64,000 nucleotides of DNA from Trueperaceae bacterium (GCA_965213925.1 OZ243927.1:448001-512000), one strand, 5' to 3'. Shown: positions 19,136 through 29,180, numbered from the stretch's first letter. Notes: generated by a model not told the origin, from the sequence alone. Numbers and translations are program-made.

Positions 19136-20353
19136 ATGATCATGCCGAATACCGCAACGCTTAAAAAAGAGCTTCCTGTACGGACGACACCTTTTGCGCC
19201 GTGGCCCCACTTCGAAGAGGATGAGATGGGGGCTGTGCTCGAGGTCATGCGTTCGGGGCAGGTCAACTACTGGACGGGCGAGCAAGGACGCCTGTTCGAG
19301 CAGGAATTCGCCGACTATACGGGCTGCAACTACGCGATCGCCCTCGCCAACGGGACGGTGGCGCTCGAGCTAGCCCTCTACGCCTTAGGCGTCGGCGCGG
19401 GCGACGAAGTGATCACCACGACCCGCACTTTTATCGCCTCCGCGAGCGCCGCCGTGATGCGCGGCGCGACGCCCGTCATTGCCGACGTGGACCCCGAGAG
19501 CCAAAACATCACCGCCGAGACGATCGAGGCGGTTATCACGCCCCGCACAAAAGCGATCATCGCCGTTCACTTAGCGGGCTGGCCCTGCGACATGGACGCG
19601 ATCATGGCGCTCGCTGAGAAATACGACATCAAGGTCATTGAGGATTGCGCGCAGGCGCACGGCGCGACCTATAAGGGTCGTCCGGTCGGCTCGCTCGGTA
19701 ACGTGGCCGCGTTCTCCTTCTGCCAGGACAAGATCATGACGACGGGCGGCGAAGGGGGTCTGCTCACCACCAACGACAAGGACATTTGGGAGAAGGCGTG
19801 GTCTTACAAAGATCACGGCAAGAGCTACGACGCCGTCTATAACCGCGACCATCCGCCAGGCTTTCGTTGGCTTCACGAGTCTTTCGGCACCAACTGGCGA
19901 CTCACCGAGATGCAGTCCGCTATCGGCAGGCTCCAACTGCGCAAGCTTCCGGCTTGGCACGAGGCGCGTCAGCGTCACGCGGCTATCCTGACAGAGCGTT
20001 TCTCTAGAATCGAATCCCTTCGCGTTGCCAAGCCGCCCGCAGACATCGAGCACGCCTACTACAAGTACTACGTCTTCGTGCGTCCCGAACGGCTGCGCGC
20101 GGGCTGGAGCCGCGATCACGTCATGCAAGCGGTCAGCCATGAGGGTATCCCTTGCTTTAGCGGTAGCTGCAGCGAAATATATTTAGAGAAGGCGTTCGTC
20201 GAGGCGAGCTTAGGTCCAGCGAGACCGCTGAGCGTCGCTAGAGAGTTAGGCGAGACCTCACTGATGTTCCTCGTTCATCCAACGCTCTCAGAGAGGGACA
20301 TGGAAGACACTTGTGACGCCGTAGAGAAGGTTATAGCGTACGCCACGTACTAA
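19136..20353 (+). CDS. DegT/DnrJ/EryC1/StrS PLP-dependent sugar aminotransferase (PglE/PglC-like)
   Basis: NGTVALELAL, IEDCAQAHGA, FSFCQDKIMTTGGEGG (PLP lysine), GTNWRLTEMQ. Confidence 0.92.
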   Translation: MIMPNTATLKKELPVRTTPFAPWPHFEEDEMGAVLEVMRSGQVNYWTGEQGRLFEQEFADYTGCNYAIALANGTVALELALYALGVGAGDEVITTTRTFIASASAAVMRGATPVIADVDPESQNITAETIEAVITPRTKAIIAVHLAGWPCDMDAIMALAEKYDIKVIEDCAQAHGATYKGRPVGSLGNVAAFSFCQDKIMTTGGEGGLLTTNDKDIWEKAWSYKDHGKSYDAVYNRDHPPGFRWLHESFGTNWRLTEMQSAIGRLQLRKLPAWHEARQRHAAILTERFSRIESLRVAKPPADIEHAYYKYYVFVRPERLRAGWSRDHVMQAVSHEGIPCFSGSCSEIYLEKAFVEASLGPARPLSVARELGETSLMFLVHPTLSERDMEDTCDAVEKVIAYATY

Positions 20354-20384
20354 AAAATTGGGCCGCAAGATGTCAAAGGTAAGC

Positions 20385-20438
20385 GTCCAACTGTAGCAGC
20401 GAGCTAAAGAATTCTTTAGCTCGCTGCTACAGTTGGAC
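20385..20438. repeat. Perfect 54-bp palindrome
   Basis: GTCCAACTGTAGCAGCGAGCTAAAGAA|TTCTTTAGCTCGCTGCTACAGTTGGAC with no spacer. Confidence 0.9.
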
Positions 20439-21002
20439 ATCCCTACGAACTGCACGCTTCCCAACGATGGGGTGAAATATTCGAGGTGCAGAAGCAGACG
20501 GCCTCATGGTGTACACTCATTTACGTGTTAAAGTGCACAAAACTACCCTGCCGAGAGGCGCGAAACATCCCAAAAAGACACAACAGGAAGCGCTACGCCC
20601 AGCTTATTACACCTGCACCCATCACTTTACTCATTCCACTTTGGAACATCATAAGCAGCGTTGAATGGGATAAGCCTTGACCCCTTCATCAACCCTTAAA
20701 GAAGCTGATCCCCTCTATCAAAAGTGTGACGTGTCTGCGATTATAGAGTGTGACTTGCCTATAAGGTAAGTAGGTAGAACCAGAGAGACGATACGTACGG
20801 TGACGGAATTATACGTGACATGAAGACATTAGCCTCAACACCGCGCTCAGCTAACGTTGAACGCATCTCCACCCCACGTCTAAGCTGTGCGAACACCGCG
20901 CGCCGTTTAGGATCGTCACTCTGCCAAACTAGCACATGGCTCAGCGGAGCACCGCTCGAGCCGCAGCCACAGCGTAAACTATAACAACGTCAGGATGGGG
21001 GC

Positions 21003-22916
21003 ATGGTGCAATCTAACCTCGAACACACTCGCTCATTTAGGAATCAACTCATAAACCTCGATATTCGACGTCGCCGTAAGCTTACAAAGTTCGCTATCGA
21101 CCTAACGATATGGTCTTTGGCACCGCTGCTCGCTTTCTTTGTTCGCTACGACGGCTCGGTGCCCGCGCAAAGCGCTAACGGCATAGTCACCATCACGGCG
21201 CTGCTTGTTCTACTCAAGATCGCCGCTACGGTTCCTTTCGGATTTTACCAGCGAAGCTGGAGCAAAGTTGCGTTTAGAGATGTTGGCAACGTTGTCAAAG
21301 TTATTGTAGGTACAGCGTTCGTCGCTAGCGTCTTGCTGCTTTGGCTCGGCCCACTCTTGCAGATACCGAGGTCTATCGCTGTCATCGACGGGTTTATTGC
21401 GCTCCTCGCGATGAGCGGCGTGCGGGCGTCGTTTCGCTATCTGCATGAAAGCCGCTTGGAGCGGGCTGCGAGCGACCAAAAGCGCAAAGCCGTTCTCATC
21501 ATCGGCGCAGGCGAAGCGGGCTCGCTCATCGTGCGTGAGATGTTGCGCCATCCAGAAACCGGGCTCCAGCCGGTCGGTTTTCTCGACGACGACCAGCAGA
21601 AGATCGGCTACCGCATCGCCACGGTGCCCGTACTCGGCACAGTTGACGAGCTTAGCACTGTGGTTAGAGAGCACCACGTTGACGAGGTGCTTATTGCGCT
21701 CCCCTCCACCGACGGTAAAACGGTGCGTAAGGTCGTCGAGCGTATTGAGCGCGCACGAGCAGACCTCAAGTATAGAATCATTCCCGGCGTTTACGAGCTT
21801 TTAAGCGGCGAGGTCGATATCAGCCGCATCCGTGAGGTCGAAATCGAAGACCTCTTGCGCAGACCGCCCATCGAACTCGATACGGACACGATCAGCAGCT
21901 ACATCACCGGCAAAACGGTGATGGTCACGGGCGCGGGCGGCTCGATCGGCTCCGAGTTGGTGCGGCAAATCTGCCGCTTCGAGCCTAAAGAGTTGATCTT
22001 ATTTGGGCACGGCGAAAATAGCATCTACAAGCTCGAGCGCGAACTCGACCGCGACTGGCCCGGCATCCCCTATCACAGCGTGATCGCCGCCGTCCAGAAT
22101 GTCGTGCGCTTAGACTATATTTTCCAGTACTACAGCCCGCAAGTCGTCTTCCATACGGCGGCGCATAAGCATGTCCCCTTGATGGAACTTAACCCTGAAG
22201 AGGCGATTTTCAACAACATCATTGGCAGCAAAAACCTCGTCACCTTAGCGCTCAAGTACGGCGTGTCACACTTCGTCAACATCTCGACCGACAAAGCGGT
22301 CAACCCCACCTCGATCATGGGCGCATCTAAATGGATGGTCGAGCGCGTCGTGCAGGCGGCGGCGCGGCAGGCGAGCAAGGACCAGGTCTTCGCCTCGGTT
22401 CGCTTCGGCAACGTGCTAGGAAGCCGTGGCAGCGTGATACCCGTATTCAAGCAGCAGATTCGCGCAGGGGGTCCCGTCACCGTGACGCACCCCGACATGA
22501 CCCGCTACTTCATGACCATCCCAGAGGCGACGCAACTCGTGCTACAAGCCGCAGGTCAGGGCAAGAACGGGGAGATTTATATTCTGGACATGGGCGAGCC
22601 CGTCAGGATTTTCGACCTAGCGCGCGACCTCATCAAGCTCTCCGGCTTCGAACCCGACGTGGATATTCCCATCGTTTTCTCCGGTAAAAGACCCGGCGAA
22701 AAACTCTACGAGGAGCTGATGACACAAGAGGAGCGGGGCGCGTCGACCGCGCACAAGAAAATCTTCGCCGCCAAACCCTCCCGCTTGGACCTCGAAGCGT
22801 TGGAATATACCGTTAGAGAGTTGCAAGAAGCCGCGCTCAACTCGGATCACGACAAGATTCGGCAACAACTCTCTGAATATATCCAGGGCTGTAACTTTGA
22901 AAGCTTGAAAGCTTAG
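21003..22916 (+). CDS. Membrane-bound UDP-GlcNAc 4,6-dehydratase (PglF/CapD/WbpM family)
   Basis: N-terminal TMs, IIGAGEAG, TGAGGSIGSEL, HTAAHKHVP, STDKAVNP, VRFGNVLGSRGS, RPGEKLYEEL. Confidence 0.92.
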   Translation: MVQSNLEHTRSFRNQLINLDIRRRRKLTKFAIDLTIWSLAPLLAFFVRYDGSVPAQSANGIVTITALLVLLKIAATVPFGFYQRSWSKVAFRDVGNVVKVIVGTAFVASVLLLWLGPLLQIPRSIAVIDGFIALLAMSGVRASFRYLHESRLERAASDQKRKAVLIIGAGEAGSLIVREMLRHPETGLQPVGFLDDDQQKIGYRIATVPVLGTVDELSTVVREHHVDEVLIALPSTDGKTVRKVVERIERARADLKYRIIPGVYELLSGEVDISRIREVEIEDLLRRPPIELDTDTISSYITGKTVMVTGAGGSIGSELVRQICRFEPKELILFGHGENSIYKLERELDRDWPGIPYHSVIAAVQNVVRLDYIFQYYSPQVVFHTAAHKHVPLMELNPEEAIFNNIIGSKNLVTLALKYGVSHFVNISTDKAVNPTSIMGASKWMVERVVQAAARQASKDQVFASVRFGNVLGSRGSVIPVFKQQIRAGGPVTVTHPDMTRYFMTIPEATQLVLQAAGQGKNGEIYILDMGEPVRIFDLARDLIKLSGFEPDVDIPIVFSGKRPGEKLYEELMTQEERGASTAHKKIFAAKPSRLDLEALEYTVRELQEAALNSDHDKIRQQLSEYIQGCNFESLKA

Positions 22917-22935
22917 GCGCTCGTTGTAACGAGCT

Positions 22936-22970
22936 AAGCCCCTCAACCTCACGAGGTTGAGGGGCTTTTC
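22936..22970 (+). terminator. Intrinsic terminator
   Basis: AAGCCCCTCAACCTC-AC-GAGGTTGAGGGGCTT then TTC. Confidence 0.8.
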
Positions 22971-23046
22971 ACATGGGGACAATTGTCTATTAAGAGACGG
23001 CGCACTTATGACGTAGACTGAATACTGAAATGATGAGAGTTACGCC

Positions 23047-23760
23047 GTGACGCCAACCCTGCCCCTCGCGTTCTTTGCGGGCGTTCTGTCGTTCTTGTCG
23101 CCCTGTGTGCTGCCGCTCGTGCCCTCCTATTTAGCCTATGTCGGCGGAAGTTCGGCGGGCGGAGAAGCACCCAGAAACCTCCTCATCCGCAACAGCTTGT
23201 TTTTTATCCTCGGTTTCTCCCTCATCTTCATAGGACTTGGCGCGTCCGCAAGCCTCATCGGAAGCGTGTTGCAAGAGAACCGCCGTATCCTTACGCTCGT
23301 CGGCGGCGTCCTTATCGTTTCATTTGGTTTAGTTATGCTGGGCGTGATCAAGCTGCCCTTTTTGTACCGCGATACCCGCCAACAGTTCAGTGGCGACAGC
23401 AGCACACCCGTCGGTGCGGTGCTGCTAGGCATGGCGTTTGCTGCGGGTTGGACACCCTGCATCGGTCCCGTGTTGGGCGGCGTGCTCACGCTCGCGGGGG
23501 CGTCGGGCACGCTCGGCTTCGGCGTCATCCTCTTAGCGAGCTACGCGCTCGGGCTAGCGGTGCCTTTTTTGCTTTCAGCCCTGGCGATAGGCTCGTTTAC
23601 GCGCTTCTCGCACCGCTTCCGCAATTACCTCCCCTGGGTCGAGCGCGTCTCGGGCGGCATTTTACTGATTGCCGGTATCATGCTCCTCACCGGAACCTAC
23701 ACCGAACTCAACACCTATCTCATCCGCTTTACGCCCGAATGGTTGTGGAGTCGCCTATGA
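23047..23760 (+). CDS. ccdA: Cytochrome c biogenesis protein CcdA
   Basis: SFLSPCVLPLVP and GWTPCIGP motifs. Confidence 0.92.
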   Translation: MTPTLPLAFFAGVLSFLSPCVLPLVPSYLAYVGGSSAGGEAPRNLLIRNSLFFILGFSLIFIGLGASASLIGSVLQENRRILTLVGGVLIVSFGLVMLGVIKLPFLYRDTRQQFSGDSSTPVGAVLLGMAFAAGWTPCIGPVLGGVLTLAGASGTLGFGVILLASYALGLAVPFLLSALAIGSFTRFSHRFRNYLPWVERVSGGILLIAGIMLLTGTYTELNTYLIRFTPEWLWSRL

Positions 23761-24494
23761 CGCAAGGTGTAAAGGCGATCGAACTACGCAACCTCTCGAG
23801 GCGTTACGGCGCAGTCTATGTGCTGCGGGACATCAGTTTAACGGTGTCAGCGGGCAAAACGGTCGTGCTGCGCGGCGGCAATGGCGCGGGCAAGACGACC
23901 TTTTTGCGCGTGCTCTCGAGCAAGCTCCGCCCAAGTCGTGGTGACGGCAAGGTTTTCGGTCACGACCTCATCAAAGAGGCAGCGCAGGTGCGGCAGCAGA
24001 TTGCCTACTTGACCGTCTTAGGTGGAAGCTACGGGACACTTTCGGCGCTGGAGAATTTGGAGTTTGCTGCGAAACTTTACGGGAAGAGGTTGGGCAAGGA
24101 GGAACTGGAGGGGATGCTCGAGCGTGTCGGACTCCTCGAGGCGAAGGATAAACTCGTGAGGACGTTCTCGAGCGGCATGAAAAAACGCTTAGGCGTCGCT
24201 CGGCTTCTTTTGTCGGACGCGAACCTCTGGCTTTTAGACGAACCTTACGCCGCGCTCGACGAGGGCGGTAAGACGCTGATTGACGACCTCTTGGTTCAGG
24301 CGAAGACGCAAGGTAAAACCGTCATGATGGCGTCCCACGATCTGGCGCGGAGTGCGCAGTTTGCCGATAGCGTGTTGGAACTGAGGCAGGGTCAGCTCTT
24401 TGCGGCTTCGGCTTCGGTGGAAGAGGTGGCGCGAACGAATCTTGATGTGCCTACGGATACGCCGAAGGTCAAGCTCGAGGCTGCCCATGTCTGA
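23757..24494 (+). CDS. ccmA: Heme exporter ATP-binding protein CcmA
   Basis: GGNGAGKTT, FSSGMKKR, LLDEP; ATGA overlap with ccdA sets the start at 23757. Confidence 0.88.
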   Translation: MTQGVKAIELRNLSRRYGAVYVLRDISLTVSAGKTVVLRGGNGAGKTTFLRVLSSKLRPSRGDGKVFGHDLIKEAAQVRQQIAYLTVLGGSYGTLSALENLEFAAKLYGKRLGKEELEGMLERVGLLEAKDKLVRTFSSGMKKRLGVARLLLSDANLWLLDEPYAALDEGGKTLIDDLLVQAKTQGKTVMMASHDLARSAQFADSVLELRQGQLFAASASVEEVARTNLDVPTDTPKVKLEAAHV

Positions 24495-25164
24495 ATTCGT
24501 GACAACGTTCGCCCTAGCGCGAAAAGACCTTTTACAAGAGGTCAGGAGCAAAGCGGTCACGGTGGCGACGCTCTTCTTCTCCGGCTTGGTGCTCGTCATC
24601 CTCGCCTTCGCCATCGGTCCGAGCGACGCCGCTTTAGCTAACGCTGCCCCCGGCGTGCTCTGGGTGGCACTCGCCTTTGCTGGCGTCATCTCGGCGGCGC
24701 AGAGTTATCAGACGGAGCTTGAAGAGGGAGCCTTAGAGCAACTCCTCCTCTACCCTGTGCCGAGAGCGGTTATCTTTCTAGGTAAGCTGGCTGCGAACTG
24801 GCTCTTTATGAGCCTCTTGGGGTTCATCCTCTTACCACTCAGCGCAACCCTTTTTGGCGCGTCTTTAACAGAGAACCGGGCGTGGCTCCTGCTTACCATC
24901 TTGCTCGGCACATTAGGCTTTTCGCTCATCGCGACCTTCTACGCGGCGCTCACCGCGAACCTGCGTGCGAGAGAGTCCCTGCTCCCCGTTCTGATGTTTC
25001 CCGTCGTCGTTCCGGTGCTGCTCGCAGCGGTACGTTCTACAGGTGAAATCACGCGTTCAGGCAACCTCCAAATCGCCCAAGACTGGTTACAATTACTAGC
25101 AGGATTCGACCTCATCTATCTGGTGGTCTGCACCGCTATTTTCCCTTTTGTTGTTGAAGAGTAG
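24487..25164 (+). CDS. ccmB: Heme exporter permease CcmB
   Basis: RKDLLQEVRS, PGVLWV, E.G.LE.L, LLPVLMFP; start MSEF at 24487. Confidence 0.88.
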   Translation: MSEFVTTFALARKDLLQEVRSKAVTVATLFFSGLVLVILAFAIGPSDAALANAAPGVLWVALAFAGVISAAQSYQTELEEGALEQLLLYPVPRAVIFLGKLAANWLFMSLLGFILLPLSATLFGASLTENRAWLLLTILLGTLGFSLIATFYAALTANLRARESLLPVLMFPVVVPVLLAAVRSTGEITRSGNLQIAQDWLQLLAGFDLIYLVVCTAIFPFVVEE

Positions 25165-25245
25165 AGTGAACGTGAAATATTTCTATAGACCTTCCCCATC
25201 GCGGTCAGTAGACACACTGATGACCTTAAAGTCAGAGGAGCACGC

Positions 25246-25995
25246 ATGACATCACCATCCATGAAGCGCCCGCAAAAACGTCCACAGAAACGTCCTATGT
25301 GGCTCAACCTCTTCGGGCTAAGCGTCCTCGCCCTTCTCGGCATTGGGATGTTCATGGCGCTCGTCACCTCACCCGCGGACGTGAACCAAGGAGACTTGAT
25401 TCGCATCATGTACGCGCACGTCTCGGTTGCGTGGATTAGCTTTGTGGCGATTATCGCCACGGCGATTTTCGGCTCGCTTTTCTTATGGCGCAGCAAAAAA
25501 ACGGACGACATTCTGGCAGTCGCGAGCGCGGAGATGGCGGTCTTATACGCAGGGCTTACGCTCATCGGCGGCATGACCTACAGCAAACCGACCTTGAACA
25601 CCTGGTGGACGTGGGACGCGAAGCTCACGCTGACCGCGCTCATGTTCGCGCTTTTAGTCGGCTACTTCATCGTGCGCGGGCTCATCGACGACCCCGAGCG
25701 GCGCGGGCGAGTGAGCGCGGTGGTGAGCATCATCACGGCGGTGAGTTTGCCCTTCAACTACCTTGCCTCAGAATGGTTTCGCACGCTGCACCCCGCGAAG
25801 AGCGTCAACTTGGATGGCAGCGGCGTAACGATGGAACCGGCGATGCTGCAGACGCTTCTCTTCAACGTCGCTGTAGCGGGACTTATCTACGTGTACTTTA
25901 TGGTTGAGCGCGTGCGCATCGGTCGGCTCGAGGCGAAGCTCAGCGAAGCGGAGGAGCACGAGCGTGCGCCGCGCGGGGAGGTCGTTCATGTTTGA
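25246..25995 (+). CDS. ccmC: Heme delivery protein CcmC
   Basis: RIMYAHV, KP...TWWTWDAKLT (WWD domain), RTLHP. Confidence 0.9.
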   Translation: MTSPSMKRPQKRPQKRPMWLNLFGLSVLALLGIGMFMALVTSPADVNQGDLIRIMYAHVSVAWISFVAIIATAIFGSLFLWRSKKTDDILAVASAEMAVLYAGLTLIGGMTYSKPTLNTWWTWDAKLTLTALMFALLVGYFIVRGLIDDPERRGRVSAVVSIITAVSLPFNYLASEWFRTLHPAKSVNLDGSGVTMEPAMLQTLLFNVAVAGLIYVYFMVERVRIGRLEAKLSEAEEHERAPRGEVVHV

Positions 25996-26128
25996 GTCTC
26001 TAAGTGCGTGGGGCTGGGTCGCCTTTGCGTGGGCACAACTCTTTGTCGCTTACGGTGGATACTTAGGGTATTTACGTTGGCGCGAGAAGCGTTTAGAGCG
26101 GGAGGGAGAGCGAACATCAAACGAGTAG
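25988..26128 (+). CDS. ccmD: CcmD
   Basis: 46-aa single-TM protein with a charged tail, between ccmC and ccmE. Confidence 0.7.
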   Translation: MFESLSAWGWVAFAWAQLFVAYGGYLGYLRWREKRLEREGERTSNE

Positions 26129-26541
26129 TGTACAGCGCAGCGGGCGTGGCGATTCTGGGCGTGGCGAGCTTCTTCATCTACCAGGCGCTCTCCTCGAGCC
26201 TCGTCTACTTCATCTTGCCGAGTGAATACGCCGCCAACCCGAGCGAATACGACGGACAACTCATCCGCTTAGGCGGCATGGTCGCCGAGGACAGCGTGAA
26301 CTACGACAGCGATAACGTGACGCTCACCTTTCACGTGACGGACAGTATCGAGGCGTATCCGGTGAGCTACCCCGCTTCGCCCCCCGAGTTGTTCAAAGAG
26401 AATACAGGCGTCGTGATTGAGGGCAGCTTCGATGGCGATACGTTTATCGGCGACAACCTTTTGATTAAACACAGCGAGAACTATCAAGCCACCCAAGGCG
26501 AAGAGGTTGATCTCGAGCTACTAAAGGACAGTTTGCAATGA
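26116..26541 (+). CDS. ccmE: Heme chaperone CcmE; start uncertain (ATC 26116 or GTG 26128)
   Basis: LVYF..PSE, IRLGGMV, PELFKE..GVVIEG, KHSENY (HxxxY heme motif). Confidence 0.88.
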   Translation: MKRVVYSAAGVAILGVASFFIYQALSSSLVYFILPSEYAANPSEYDGQLIRLGGMVAEDSVNYDSDNVTLTFHVTDSIEAYPVSYPASPPELFKENTGVVIEGSFDGDTFIGDNLLIKHSENYQATQGEEVDLELLKDSLQ

Positions 26542-26553
26542 CGGAACTTTATA

Positions 26554-28548
26554 ATGGATAACTTCTTTACACTCAGTTTAGGGCAGTTGGGCGGCTCGAG
26601 CGTCCTCCTAGCGGTTGGTGTCATTATTTACGCGATCGTTACGGGTATTTTAGGGGCAGTGCGCCAGGATGCGCGGCTCCAAACTTCGGCGCGTTTCGCC
26701 GCCGTTGCCGCTTTTCTCGCGACGACGACTGCTGTTTTGGTGATGGAAGCCGCGCTCCTCACGGACGACTTCAGCGTGAAGTACGTAGCGGAACACTCGA
26801 GCCGCCTATCGCCGCTGTGGGTCAAAATCGTGACGCTCTGGGCGGCGTTAGAAGGCTCGGTGCTCCTCTGGGCGTGGCTCTTGACGGCGTACACCGCCGT
26901 TCTCGCCATGACCGCGCCGAACAACGCTTTGCGCCCTTGGGCGCTCGTCACCATGCAGGTCGTTCAGCTCTTCTTCGTGGGCATCGTCGCGACGATTGCG
27001 AATCCCTTTATCGTGCTTGCCAATCCGCCGCTAGATGGACCTGGACCCAACCCGCTCCTGCAAAACCATTGGATGATGGCGGTGCACCCCTTCTTGATGT
27101 ACTTGGGCTTCGTCGGCTTGACCGTACCCTTCGCTTTTGCCATGTCCGCGCTCATCACCAGACGCCCCGGCTCGGAGTGGATGAGCCAGACGCGGACGTG
27201 GACCTTGACGGGCTGGGGTTTCCTAAGCGCCGCTATCATCGCGGGCGGCTGGTGGAGCTACGAGATTTTGGGCTGGGGCGGCTACTGGGCGTGGGACCCG
27301 GTGGAGAACGTCTCGTTCTTGCCGTGGCTTACAGCGACAGCGTTCATCCACAGCGTCCAGGTGCAAGAGCGGCGGCGGATGCTCAAAGCGTGGAACATCT
27401 TGCTCATCACGCTGACCTTCGCGCTTACGATTTTAGGGACGTTCCTGACGCGCTCGGGCGTCGTCTCGTCAGTTCATGCCTTTGGGGACGGACCCGTCGG
27501 ACCCGCCTTTTTCGTCTTCTTTATCCTCACTGTGCTTATTTCGTTCGGACTTTTAGCGCTCAGGTGGGACCAGGTGCAAGACCGGGCGGAACTCGATTCG
27601 CCGGTATCACGCGAAGGCAGCTTCTTGTTCGGCAATGTGCTCTTCTTGGCGATGGCGTTCACTATATTGCTCGGCACGCTCTTTCCCCTCATTGTCGAGG
27701 CGACGACGGGCAACAAGGTCACGGTGGGCGCGCCCTTCTTCGATCAGGTGAGCATCCCGATTTGGCTCGTCGTGTTCGCGCTGATGGGCGTCGGACCGCT
27801 CTTGCCCTGGCGCAAAGCGGACAATCAATCTCTCCTAGTCAATCTCGCGTGGCTCGTCGGGGGCGGCGTTCTGACTGGGCTCGTCGCGTACCTCTTGGGC
27901 GTGCAGAAGCTCTACCCTCTGCTAACCGTTGCGCTCGCGGGTTACAACCTGGTCAGCGTCGGGCTACTGTTGAGTGGTGCGATTCGTCCTAGAGTTCGCG
28001 CCACCAAACGGAGCGTTGCGTCCGTTTTCGGACAGTACGCCTTGGAGAACCGCCGCCGCTTCGGGTCGATTATCACGCATCTAGGCGTCATCGTGATTGC
28101 GCTAGGCATTGCAGGCAGTGGCGGCTACCGCGTGGACGAACAGGTGCGCATCAACATCGGCGAGAGTGCGATGTTTAGAGGCTACGAACTCTTCGCGCAA
28201 GATATCTTCATGGAACGGACGCCCGCACGCATCAGCTCAGGTGGCGTCGTGGAGGTGCGGCGGGACGGCGAACTCGTGACGACGATGCGCCCTCAAAACA
28301 ACCTCTTCGCAGGCTCGCAGCAGCTCGTACCCACGCCCGACGTATACTACACGCCCCTTCACGACCTCTACCTCAACGTAAGTACGGTGCGACCCGGTCA
28401 AGACCACCTCATCTTGCGCGTGGTGCAGAGCCCCTTAGTCACCTGGATTTGGGTAGGCGGCTTTATCCTCGCGTTCGGCACGGTTTACAGCCTTATTCCG
28501 CAGCGCGAGCGCAGACCGCGCACAGAGAGTAGGGCGGTGACGGCGTGA
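26554..28548 (+). CDS. ccmF: Cytochrome c heme lyase subunit CcmF
   Basis: GPNPLLQ, HP, LGWGGYWAWDPVEN, FLTRSG..SVHAF. Confidence 0.95.
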   Translation: MDNFFTLSLGQLGGSSVLLAVGVIIYAIVTGILGAVRQDARLQTSARFAAVAAFLATTTAVLVMEAALLTDDFSVKYVAEHSSRLSPLWVKIVTLWAALEGSVLLWAWLLTAYTAVLAMTAPNNALRPWALVTMQVVQLFFVGIVATIANPFIVLANPPLDGPGPNPLLQNHWMMAVHPFLMYLGFVGLTVPFAFAMSALITRRPGSEWMSQTRTWTLTGWGFLSAAIIAGGWWSYEILGWGGYWAWDPVENVSFLPWLTATAFIHSVQVQERRRMLKAWNILLITLTFALTILGTFLTRSGVVSSVHAFGDGPVGPAFFVFFILTVLISFGLLALRWDQVQDRAELDSPVSREGSFLFGNVLFLAMAFTILLGTLFPLIVEATTGNKVTVGAPFFDQVSIPIWLVVFALMGVGPLLPWRKADNQSLLVNLAWLVGGGVLTGLVAYLLGVQKLYPLLTVALAGYNLVSVGLLLSGAIRPRVRATKRSVASVFGQYALENRRRFGSIITHLGVIVIALGIAGSGGYRVDEQVRINIGESAMFRGYELFAQDIFMERTPARISSGGVVEVRRDGELVTTMRPQNNLFAGSQQLVPTPDVYYTPLHDLYLNVSTVRPGQDHLILRVVQSPLVTWIWVGGFILAFGTVYSLIPQRERRPRTESRAVTA

Positions 28549-29171
28549 GTGACCAGACGAATAAGGCTGTCAATAATAGCGTCAGCAGCGGTGCAGTGGA
28601 CGGCTCTAGTGGAGCAAACGCAAACGGCCTAAAACGCCTTCTCATCGTCGTGATCGTCGTGTCGCTGCTCGGCGCACTTTTCGCCTACGGGCTCCTCACC
28701 GACCAGCGGGACCGCAGCGACATCGGCTCGCCGCTCATCGGCAAAGAGTTGCCCGGATTCACCATGCCCCTCTTTAGCCGCTACGAACCCGAGTACGGCG
28801 AGACCTTCGCCTACGCGAATTACGCCGGGCAGAGGCCGATGGTCGTCAACTTCTGGGCGTCGTGGTGCGCGCCCTGCTTCGCGGAAGCGCCCGAGTTGCA
28901 AGCAGCAGCGGAGGAGTACGGAGACGACGTGCTCTTTGTCGGCATCAACACGCAAGACAGCAACGAAGAGAATGCTCGAGACTTCCTGAACCGCTTCAAC
29001 TTAACCTTCCCCAACGGACGCGACGCGCAAAGCCGCGTGAGCGTAGAGTACGGCATCTTTGGGCTGCCCGAGACCTTCTTCATCAACGCGGACGGGACGC
29101 TTAACTATAAGCACGCCGGACCGCTGACCCCTGAGATTCTCGCGGAGCAGACGCAAGCTCTGATTCAATAG
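28545..29171 (+). CDS. ccmG: Thiol:disulfide oxidoreductase CcmG/TlpA
   Basis: VNFWASWCAPC, G.PETFFI, N-terminal TM. Confidence 0.88.
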   Translation: MSDQTNKAVNNSVSSGAVDGSSGANANGLKRLLIVVIVVSLLGALFAYGLLTDQRDRSDIGSPLIGKELPGFTMPLFSRYEPEYGETFAYANYAGQRPMVVNFWASWCAPCFAEAPELQAAAEEYGDDVLFVGINTQDSNEENARDFLNRFNLTFPNGRDAQSRVSVEYGIFGLPETFFINADGTLNYKHAGPLTPEILAEQTQALIQ

Positions 29172-29180
29172 TGGTTTTTA

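Noticed and set aside
20486..20680. 64-aa ORF in the intergenic region
   Set aside because: No recognisable motif or convincing RBS; cannot be supported.
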